DNA of 64,000 nucleotides, from the NCBI RefSeq assembly GCF_018977255.1, contig NW_024704743.1, forward strand, positions 76,076,001-76,140,000, read 5' to 3'. Positions 50,749 to 62,700 of the stretch are shown in pieces (the first letter of the stretch is position 1; every line of letters starts with the position of its first letter). Below the pieces are notes generated by a model, which saw nothing but the letters and a program-made list of their open reading frames with translations, made no database searches and had not been told where the DNA came from. Made by a program: the position numbers and the translations under genes. This stretch comes from Callorhinchus milii (taxonomy: Eukaryota).

Positions 50749-53700
50749 CTGTTAAAGAGATTATAGCTTTAATAAACTGCAAGTGAGGACAACAATCAGT
50801 AAATACATCAGTGCTTTTGATGGCATGCTTACTGTGAATCCATCTTTCTAGTGAAATAACATTTCCTTCATGATAAGGATTAACTAAATTATTAAACACT
50901 ATATTTAATGGTTTAGGCATATTGTTCATATATATCCTTTTTAAAAAATCCTGTGCCCTTACATGAAAGACACTATACCAAATGTAAGGATTGTTCATTA
51001 TTCATAATAATCCTACTGATTCTTTTGGAAGCAGGTGATGAGATCTGTTTTTATTTCCCACTTCCCCTGAAATTCTGCAGGGCAGTTGACAGCCTAAGAG
51101 TTAAAAATATTATTATGTGGGGCAGTTTTTATCCTTTGAAGGCTGTCCACCTATAAATGAAGCAATGATAGCCAGGATCAATAGAAAATTGCAGAAATAT
51201 TTGCCAAAATTTGAGGGAAAATTTTTAAAATTTGTACCACTTTGAAAATTTTAAAAATCACACACCCACACAAATTATGTTATGAAAAATAAACTAATGA
51301 AAACAATACTTAAATGCAACTTTTAAAACATTTAATGCTCAAAAATAAGAAAACAAAGATTCTCACTCTTGAAGGATTTTCAAACACTGTTCTCATATGA
51401 TCAAATGTAGCGATCTGTCTAGGATCCAATATACCATCCTCAGTCTGAAAAAGGTCAGTTACACATTGTTCAGTGATTATCTTAATGCAAGATTTTAATT
51501 GTGTGAAACATGCATTTTTCCTATGAACCTACCTTTTCTTTGTCTGGCGTTTGCCGAGTGGCCTTTGTTGCAATCTGAAAAAAACAGATTGAAAGAAAAA
51601 ATTGAAAGACCATTCCAATTTTGTTTAGAAAATTTGTTGAAACATTCGTAAGAATTCTCCAGTGGATCAGAGATCAGCGAATTCCGCCTTCTCTGGGGGG
51701 TACTTATCAGAGGCTTATCCAGAGGACCAGCCCTGTGCTCTGCAGAGTGATCCACTCTAGCTGATACACTGACAACACTTCGGGTTGCCCATCACTATTA
51801 AGCAGCACCACATCTGGGGGATTGTTGGCCAGAACACCTGGAGAAACTCCCTTCTCTTTTCCAGTAATGCCATGGGATCTTTAATATTCAACTGACTGGG
51901 CAGACAGGACCCGGTTTAACATCTCATCTGAAGGATGACACTTCCAACCCAGTACTGCAACGGAGTGTCAGACTAGACTGTTTGAATTCAAAGACGTAAC
52001 ATGGGGCTTGAACTCACAACCTTCGGTCTCAGAGGTGAGAGTGTTCCCACTGGTTCAGGCTGACATGAAGACAGCACAAGCAGTCATTCTTGTTGTGCCT
52101 TTCTCTTATCCCTTTGTGCACATGGAGAACAATAAACCCCACAGTTGCAAAACATTCTGCAGCTGAGTACATAAGCAAACCTGGAAGTACAGCCACATGC
52201 AGCATTCCTTTAAAAAATAAGGGCATGTCCACTTAATGGCACTATGGTCTTTAAAGTAAGGTTATTTCACAATAGATGAGGATGATTGCAGAGTACACAT
52301 TGTTTCTAAAATCAGAAACTGTTGAAACCCAGATTACCTTGGTTGGCAGAGACATTTGTTGAGAGGCAGGTTTCACCGAGTTAACTGTTTTCCCTGTCCT
52401 TTTAGAGGATGTACACTTGAAACATAGCCAGTTCTGGTCAGCTCCAAACTCCCCGAAGCAATCTTTGCTCTGGAGGCAGTATGAGTGGTATATGTGGCCA
52501 CAACTAGAATAAAAGATGACAGTTTTATTACTGACACCTTCTTAGTTACCACAAATTATAGTCAGGCATCAATTTCTACAGCCATTCACTGCCATGAATT
52601 TCTATATTAAGGACTTGAATCCCTTGATTTCAATATTCGGTCTCCTAGCTTCACCGATTGCATTGCTAAAATATTGGATGACTCATTCCTCGTACAGACT
52701 TCCAATTCTTTAAATGTATTTAGATATTAGAAAATGAACAAGCCATCAACCATTTTTTTTTCAGGGGGAAACAGTGGAAAAAAAGGATGTGTAACTGAGA
52801 TGCAACTGTCCTTTTAAAAATTGGAATGGATACAGCCCTGATGGTGTAGTGGATAAGCTGCATCTTACAGACCAGGAGCTCGCTGGGTCAAAGCTTGGTC
52901 AATGCTGGGTTAATCTCAGCTGGGGAACATCAGACATTGTTCCTGATACTATAGATTCTCTATTGGTTGTGCCATGTGTGGGAGGTGAATGAGGAGAGGT
53001 TAAGCTCTGCTATGACACCCCCACAGTTGAGCAGCTGGTGACTCTCACTGTCAAGGTTCAAACATGAACAATGACAACTTGGGCAGGGAACAAAAAGCTA
53101 ACCAGCACCTGTGGATGCCAGGGCAGATCCAGAAAGGCAAATGCCAGTGGGAAGAAAATTTGAAAAATAATCGGACTCCGAGTATAACAGCAGCCTTCTA
53201 ATGAATCTGAGTCAGGTGATAACAGAAAGAAAGAAAAAGAACTGGGTACTGGTAAAGAATTCCATCAGAAGATATTGTTGCCACATATTGGCAATAACGT
53301 CTTTTGTAATGGTGTCAAAAAAGGGCAGCACCCAGTGGTTTTGGTCTAATTTAGAGGACATTAATGATCTGACATCCTAGTTGGTGTTGAACATAGCCCA
53401 ATATATGGCTTTGGCGGCATCACTGCTAATGGGATTTCCCGACCCACCTATTTTAAATCACATGTCGCCAAAGGTACTACGTACAACCCAACTGGAGTTC
53501 AGTCCACGTGTATTTGGTGAGAAGGTTAGAAAAGTGATGAGCAGTCTCCTGTGAACAACCAAGTTCAAGTTGATACAAGATCAAAATTCTTACAAACAAG
53601 AAAGCCCCATTAGGCTTCGAAGAATCTCGGATACAATCGATACCTGAATAGAATAACTTCTTCCTCCAAACTGAGGCGTTCGCTGTAGTGTTTTGTGCAG

Positions 53701-56700
53701 ATGCCACATATTTTGTGGTGTGGTTTTAGACCCCTGTTCATCATAGCCCTCAGATTGCTCAAAGAACAGTGAAGGTCACGGTTTAAAATGTTTTTAGTGG
53801 TTTCCATTAAAGTCTGAAAATACACAAAACAGTACATCCGAACCTTAGCACTCGTGTGTGATGTTGAAAGAGAAGAGAACCACATTGCTATTGGTATTGT
53901 ACTTGCTACGTCCAAAAAGTGTTTTAGAGAGGCTGGAAGGAATCACTATTATCTTCCTAGCTGTCCCCACATAAAATCTTTGCAAACTGCAGCATTCACC
54001 AAAAAGAAGTAAGCCAAGTTGAAATCTGGGAATAAATAATATAATAATAATCAGCCTTTTATTTGATACAGTGCCTTATCACGTCTTCGAGACATCTCAA
54101 AGCGCTTCACAGAATATACTGTAAAGTTAATTGACTGTAAAGCGACAGCCCAATTGCCCACAGCAGTGTCCCACAAACAGTTGTGGAATTCTGGGACCAA
54201 ATAATTTTTTATTTATTATTATTATTGTTTGGAGGGATTATTACCCCCAGAAGAGCAATCCGCCAATCGACTAACATTCATTGTTTCTACTTAGTGCTAG
54301 GTAAACAGAAGTGGATGGAGTAAGGAAACTTGCCCGATGTTTCGCCCTGCCCGGGAATCAAACTCAGACCTACTCGCTTGTGAGGCGACCACACTAATCA
54401 CTACGATACAGGACTCCAAAACCTACAACCACAACTTGCTTTTATACAGCACCCCTCACGGACAGTAGCCTCTCAGTGCACTTGCATCTATCTTTGGTAC
54501 CAATTATAAATAGGTCTCATCATAGACAAGAATTACTCTAGTGCCGTGCTGGGGGAGCCATTGGACTGTCAGAGGTGCCATCCCTCAAATGAGATCTTAC
54601 ACCATGATCCTATTTACTTCTCTAAGTAATGTTGAAGATCTCATGACACTATTCAAAAAGAAAAAATCCTCCAGATGAATGCATGTTTCATTTCAGAGCT
54701 GTTGGTGTAACATTATTGTGCACAAATTGGCTGTTGAAATTTCGTACAAATAGTCATTACACTTCAAGCAATTCCCTATGAAGCACTCAGATGTTAGATG
54801 CCATAGGCGCTATATCAAATTCAAGGATAAGTATTTCAGCGGACACAACTCACCTGCTCATAAACAAATGTATCCAGCATCCCTAAGGTTAGGTCTCTTA
54901 CATCTCCAAATTTTCCCATGCTGTAACCTGGATCCTAATAAAATGAATAAAATAGGAAGACTGATCCATATTTATGTATAGCGGTCAGTGGATATAGGTG
55001 CTTAAAACTTCAAGGCAATAAACATTAAAAAAAACTTTGAAATGGAATGTAATAATAATAATCCTTGCATTTGATATAGGGCCTTATCATATCTTTGAGA
55101 CGTCTCAAAGCACTTCTCAGAATATACTGTAAAATGAATTGATTGTATATTTTGTGGGCAAAACATATTTAATGTAGGTAGTTAACAAGTCCTAACATTA
55201 ACCCGTTTTAAGGTGGTCCACAAATGGTCATGGATTGAGTGACCAACTTATTATTTTTAAAAAAATGTTTTTTGAAGGGATTATTATCCCCAGAAAAGCG
55301 ATACGCCAATCAACTAATACTTGGAGTTCTATCACTGCTAGGTAAACAGAGTTGTGTGGAGTAAGGAAACTTGCCTAAAGTTTCACCCTGCCCGGGATTC
55401 GAACCCAGGAACTCTTGCTTATGAGGAGGGTGTTCTAACCAATACACTGCAGGAAACATTGTAGTTGACAGCCGACAATCCTACCACAATCACAAATCCA
55501 GAATGAGCTCATTAGTACACTGATGGTACACTGATAATGTAAGTGAAATGTACAGTCAATTCACTTTACAGTATATTCTGTGAAGCGTTTTGAGACATCG
55601 AAGATGTGATAAGGCGCTCTATCAAAAATATCAAATGCAAGGATTATTATTATTATTGGTGGCTTAGAAATCTATCATGTTACCTTTGGGTGAAAGCTCA
55701 AATTCCGTCAATGCCAACTTAAATGATTTCCAAGCAGAGTCCATTTGGGTAACAACAAACCCATTCTCAGTCGGGTTGGAATGAGTCAGTCAGCAGCACA
55801 AAAGTACCTACAATCTGGTGTAAACTTGGGAATCTTACTAGGAAAGCCACACAATTACTTGTGAAAACAATGAAATCAATACTGGAACATTGAGACCAGC
55901 AACTGGGACAAAAAGTGGAGCAGCAGTGATCCTGTGCTGCTTCTGTTTGCATATTGAGTGGCAAAAATAATGTTTCTCACTTACATCTTCCGATAAATAT
56001 TAAATTCACCATTTTATAATAATAAACTGTGATGCCTCTGACACAGTAACCTTTTTAAAAAATAACTAAGAATTCATAGTCAAGTTTGGAACAAAAATAG
56101 TTGAGATCATGTAATTCATACAGGAATGCTAACCACCAACTACTGGGTCAGATTGACTTAGTTGATAGCATTTCTGTCGCTACGTTGAAACATGGTAGGT
56201 TTTAGCCACACACTGGAACTTGAACTCTTAATCTAGTCCGACATTCCAGAGCTATACCAGAGGAGCATAGCATTATTGGAGGTGTTGTTTTTCGGACAGG
56301 ACGTTAAACCGTTCAGGCAGAGATTAATATCACATTACTGGAAAAGAGTAAGCAGTTTCTCCCGTACTGTCCCCTGGCCAATAATCCTCCACATTAATTG
56401 ATCATTTATCTTGTGGCTGTTTCTGGTCCTTGCTTATATTAAATGATTGATACATTTGTCTACAAAACCAGTATATTTAGGTTTAGTTTTCAGTAATTAC
56501 CTATGGAGTAAGTGTTTTGAGAAGTTTGTCAGGATAAAGCACTACAAAGATATTCCTTGCTTTTACAATTACATAGCTGTAAGCACCCTTCTTCCCAATT
56601 CAATATCCCAAGCTGTATGATAATGTGCACACAGATTGTCATCTGTGTGAACTGTGTGCACACACCTGGAAAGCAGAATCAGACTTCTTATTACTCACGA

Positions 56701-59700
56701 GAGCTTACCTGTATGACTTTTTGCAGTATTGCTGTTGGTGGGATGTGGTCTGTTATACTATTTAAGACCATTTTTGTTAGCAACTTAATACCTGTTCAAA
56801 AAAAGGGAATACATAAACACCATGGCTGACACCTTGCATGACAATTTATCAGGCCTTAATCAGAAGTGTAATACACTGGGCATTTCAATGCTCTAGGTCC
56901 ATTTCTGTTTTTTTTTTAAATCGGTTTAGGAATCAGCTTAAATTAGCTGCAAAACAACAACTTTACAATGCGATCTGTGTGTCAGTTTAAACAATACCTA
57001 ATTTACTGCAAAATGCTACTTCAACAGGGGGGCAAATTTGACTGCCATTGCAATTTGCAGTACAGAGTTGTTTTACAACAACAACAAGATTCCATTTATA
57101 GAGCGCCTTTCACGTCGGGAGGACGTCCCAAGGCGCTGTACAGTTGGGTCATGACCCGAGCAGGGGGGAAATGGTCAGGGTGAGGGGAGGGAAGGGAGGG
57201 AGCGAGGAGGGGGGAAATGGTCAGGGTGAGGGGAGGGAAGGGAGGGAGCGAGGAGGGGGTAGAGAGTCGAGAGGGGAGCTGAAGGCACGGTCAAAGAGAA
57301 AGGTCTTGAGACCGGCCTTGAAGGAGGAAAGGGAGGAGGTGGCGAAGGCACTGGGGGATAAAGTTCCAGAGCCTCGGCCCGGCCACCGATGGTAGGGCGG
57401 GGGATGTGGAGCAGACCGGAGCCAGAGGAACGGAGGGTACGGGCAGGTAGGTAGGGGGATAGTAGGTCAGAGAGGTAGGAGGGAGCAAGGCCATGAATGG
57501 CCTTGTAGGTGAGGATGAGGATCTTGAATTCGATCCTCTAGGGGATGGGGAGCCAGTGGAGGTGAGCGAGGGTGGGAGTGATGTGGTCCTGGTGCGGGAC
57601 AGTACACGAGCTGCAGAGTTCTGAATGACCTGCAGCTTGTGGAGGGAGGTGCCGGGAAGGCCGGCGAAGAGAGAGTTCCCATAGTCCAGCCTTGAGGTGA
57701 TAAAGGCGTGGACCAGAGTTTCAGCAGCGTGAGGGGTGAGGTAGTGACGTAGTCTGGCCACATTCCGGAGGTGATGCACAATTGGAAACATAGTGCAAAA
57801 CAGAATTATCCTGTGTGTTTTGTTAAAAAGAAAAAAGTAGCCTTTCGACTCCATCATGTTCAAAGCAACTCCCACCGACTAGTTCTATACTTGTCAGTTT
57901 ATCCACTGTGCTGTAAAAATACATCATCACAGTGACACTCAGAAGACATAGTCACTTTATTAGGTGCTTAAGCACTTCTAAAAAGAACTGAATTATGGAT
58001 TGGACCAGTAGGTTTGCGTTCACGGTATAGGTTACATATACATCCACTTTCCCAGGGAAATGTAGCAGATCATCTCCTACATTTGCAGTCCATAGAAATA
58101 CCTCATTATAATTCAATACCATATTATGCTTAGTGTGGGAACCCTCTAAAATATCGACATCAATTATTAAATATACATGTTCATTCCTTTTGAAACTGCC
58201 AAGGTTCAATACTTTTGGACATGCTTGTGTGGTGAACAATCACATCACCTGTGTATCTATAACCAGACACACACACACACACACACACAACAACAAGATT
58301 GCATTTATATAGCGCCTTTCACGTCAGGAGGACATCCCAAGGCGCTGAGTTCACATACAAAGGGTGGACAAAATGTCATGATATCTATCCTATTCTCTAA
58401 AAAAAATCATAATTTCTTTAAGATTTATCAGACATTGTAATGGTATCATTACTTTTTGAACACCTTATAGATATATATTTGTATAAAAATATATATTAAA
58501 AAACTCTTTTCTGGTTGTAGAAGTTTAAGAACAATTAAACGTTGCACAAACCATCTGCAAACGGGGATGATATTTTGGTCTTCAGGTGATGTGACGGTGC
58601 CATTATTAGCTCTAGTAGCGGAAACCAGAGTGCCTGTTAAAAAAAAATACATGTTGAGTTTACTGAAATAAATTACCCTGTACGCCTAGGATAGAACAAT
58701 CTATTCGATTCGCCTCTATTCTTCCAAACACTATAACTTTATCCATCTTCCTTTTCGTGGGAGGACAATTCTTACCCAATTCCATACTTTTGGTGCTTTG
58801 GTGAACACATTTAAACCTTTGGACAGAAATGAAGGAGGAACACTACAATGGGAATTATTTTAAGATACCAAGCAGGAGTCTTGTGCAACACACATAAGCA
58901 CGCATGAACATTCAGAGCAGAAGGGGTCCTCTTGGATTCCATACTGAAGGAAAGCTGACTGACCAACTGACTTCTGATGTTAACCAGGCCAAACTCCAGA
59001 CTCTCTGTGCACCGCAGATTTCAACTGGTAGAGTTTTTTCTCCTCTCTAGCCTTACCTAACGCTCATCAGTTTTATATTCCATGCTTTTGGTCATTATTC
59101 CCCACCACTGGCCTCGGTTCCCACCTCAGCTTGGGTGCCAAGCAAGCACTGTTTAGTCCCTTGGAACACATCATCTAATTCTGTTACACCAGAGGACCTA
59201 GAAAGACCCCTTAAGAACTCAGTTATTCATTGGAGTTGAATAAGAGTATGGATAGTTGCCTCGAGGGAGGAAAAGGTACTTCTATACTCTGTGACAACTA
59301 AATTCCTTTCACCCCATTTGTTTAAGAATAAAGTATCCTGCACTCTGAGACTAAATAGTGTTACTTCTATCCATTTATAGTTTACAATTGTGAACCTATG
59401 TATAAAACATTTTAAATCAATCGGTTTCAAGCTCTTTGACAAAAGCAACTGCAGTTAAAGATGAGATTTGCACATTTTATTTTTCATGTGCTGTGATCTG
59501 AAAGTTCTCTGCATGAGACAGTTATGTAACAAGATGTTTCGAGACGCTATTCTGTATGAAGGGCACTATACAAATGTAAGCTGTTGTTGTACTTACCTCT
59601 TTTTGCTCAAAGTTGAGGTTTCTAGAGCTCCTTTGGCAGAGTTTGATCATTTCCTCAAGAGAGGTTTGCACATTGTAAAGTCCAGGGATTTCAGTGTTGA

Positions 59701-62700
59701 ACTCCCCTAATTCTGAATACAACAAAGAAAACTTCAGTTTCATTTATTTAGGTAGATTATTTTTCAGACTGTATTTAGAGATTTGGAAAACTAGTCATTT
59801 TATATTTTCTTGCATAGTGAGAGAAAACAATTCTGTCTTACTGATATTTGATTTAAATGCAAAATGATCCATGGTGCTTTACAAATAATATCTCTGTAGT
59901 ATATATACCTTTTTAAGCTATTCATAAAAAGGTCAACAATTAAAACTGCTGGAACAATAGAAGCCTTTACATTGCATTTCTGTGCTCCTTGGCACGAACC
60001 AAGATCTTGATATATAATAATGTTACACAGGTAGCAATGCACAACTGAAAAAAACTTCTATATAATAATTTTGTAATTATATAATAATTTCTTTATAATA
60101 ATAATAATAATCCTTGCATTTGATATAGCGCTTTTTACGTCAGGAGGACGTCCCAAAGCGCTTCACAGAACACACTGTAAAGTGAATTGACTGTATATTT
60201 GTGGGCGAACGCGGCAGCCAATTGCGCACAGCAATGTCCCACAAACAGTCGTAGATTGAAAATGACCAATTTAATTATTGTTTTGGGTTTTTTGGAGGGA
60301 TTATTATTAGGCGTGTGGAGTAAGGAAACTTGCCCAAGGTTTCGCCCTGCCTGGAATTGAACTCAGATCTCTCACTTGCAAAGCGAGTGCTCTAACCACT
60401 GAGCTACAGGACTCCACAACTGAGCTACAGGACTTTAATCTGTATAATCAAAAGTTATGCACTAGGCTAACATGCACTTATACCTCACTTTATGTGCAGC
60501 ACCATTAAGATCTTACCTATTACCTCTGAAATGTCCCTAGCCTTTACGCCTCCCTTGATCATATTACTGTTTAGGTACTGAAATACTATTTTCTACATTC
60601 TCTGCATCTCCCAGTTTATCTTATCTCACGTTCCGATGAACAGTCATTGACCTGAAACATTAAGTCACTTTCCACTCTCTCCACAGATGCTGCCTGACCT
60701 GCTGTGTGTTTTCAGCAACTTCTGTTTTTATTTCAGATTTCCAGCATCTGAGGCATTTTGTCTTTTATTTATCTTATCTCATGTTGGTAACAGTTGCCAA
60801 ATCGCTGATCATTGGTTTGATAGTGACTCATTTATTTTCCTTTTACTCATAGCTCAACTTCCTCCCCCTTGTTAGCCCATCAATAGCTATATTACTATCC
60901 TTAACTAAGAACTTCACTCCTTCACCTAGCTTGATTAATTTATTCAGTGGTTAAAGTGAGTCTGAACTTTTGAGGGCTGCAATTGCTCACATTCTTAGTC
61001 TGAATGAACATTTTGTCTTAAATAGCGCAGAATTGCAGGATCTTGCATTTTTACAGACAAAATAGTCTTACGGATCTAAGGGCGGTTGGAATTGTGGGAT
61101 TCTGGTTCTGAACTCACAATAGGACGCAGAGAAGACATTTCAATTTCCAATCACACTGCTCTGCATTGTGAGGATTCTCTGCCCATGTGCTGGTTCAGCA
61201 CCACCACGTGCATTTGTATTTGTTCTTATATGTGGCTATGTATTTGCTTGTTTCCAAAAGCAGTTTTTAAACACTAGCCATTCCTGTCTATCATCAACTG
61301 AGAACCAACCTGTATTACCCTGCTTGAAATGAAAAGATTCTGCAAGTGAGTTCAGCTTGTTCTTCAAGTTCTGGAAAAAGAAAGATTCAGTTGTATGTAG
61401 TATACTACATAGTCTGTATTAATTGGAACTTGCACAATACCCCCCCAACAAAAAAAACAGGTGTAGCAAAATAATTCAGCGTTTTGATGTACAGGTATAC
61501 ATACGTACTAGCATTTAAAGAAGCAAAATACATTTCCATCTGAAATATGCGTTTGAAATGATCTCCTGATGTGAAATATCTGCATTTATGCATAAATATG
61601 AACGATCTGCACACTTGGGACTTCATACTTCAAATAAAATCATGTCCCATGCAACATAACCAGCTGCCAAACGAAAGCTGAATTTTAGGATTTTCTTCAA
61701 CTCTGCATGATATGAACAATTTCCCAAAAATAGTTTGACAGACAAAGATTATGTGGAATTTCAGTTTGTATTTATTTTCTAATCCTTCTCTCTCAAATTA
61801 TTTTATAAGCTACAAACAGCAAAATATAAATTTGATGTTTATTTGACACAACTGAACTTAATCAAACCAATGACATGCAGACACTGCAAAGAGGCAGGAA
61901 GAATAGAAGATCCGACTTAATTAAGCTAGTTATATAGTAGGAGTTTCCTCACAGAAACTATTCTGTCAATATAACTGCGTCAAAGTACTAATGAAATAAC
62001 CCGCTATTTTTAGAACATCCTCTCTAAGACTCAGCTCAGTAGTTGTACAGACTTTCATTCAAAGCTTGCAGTAACCATTCATTAACATCAATTGTCTCTT
62101 CAGGAAACAACACATTACCAGATTGTGACTTCACGTTTGAGATTACTTTATCAAAGTCACATTAAACATTTGTTCTGAGACCTTGGCAAAGGATCAGGAA
62201 GCGTCAATTTCCTAGTCACAACCTAGAAGTACAGTTATGCAATTCAGCAGCATGCAAACTAATTTAAATTCAATTCATGGAAGTGTATAATCAGGAGTTA
62301 CTGGAAAATCCTGAACACCACAGGAGTTCTAGCTACAACAAGATCACAAGAAGGCCCTTCACCGCATCCTTCCTGAATAACCAAACCCCTTGCATCACAA
62401 TGACAAGGTTTTTTTAAAAAAACAAAAAAATGAGTCCAGCATCCTGGCCTCTACCACCCTTTCTGATAACCCATTCCAGTCCTTAATACCCTCTGTGTCA
62501 AGAAACATTTCCTAGTGTCGGTCCTGAAATTGCTCTCTGCAACTGTAAACTAGTGTGGTATAAACAGTGGCAATGATACTGCCATCAAGTGGCCCTATAC
62601 AGTTCCTTGATGCTGCACAGTTTGTGAATGGACTTTATGCTATTTCTCAACATTTAATCAAATCTTGCAATCCTTACACATTTTCACATCTAATAACCGA

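Noticed and set aside
52835..53155. LF-SINE
   Set aside because: The body does not match the LF-SINE consensus as I recall it; left unclassified
58930..59220. Possible extra exon or L1-like coding remnant in a VPS8 intron
   Set aside because: Stops and frameshifts; the flanking exons already join in phase, and similarity is too weak to call
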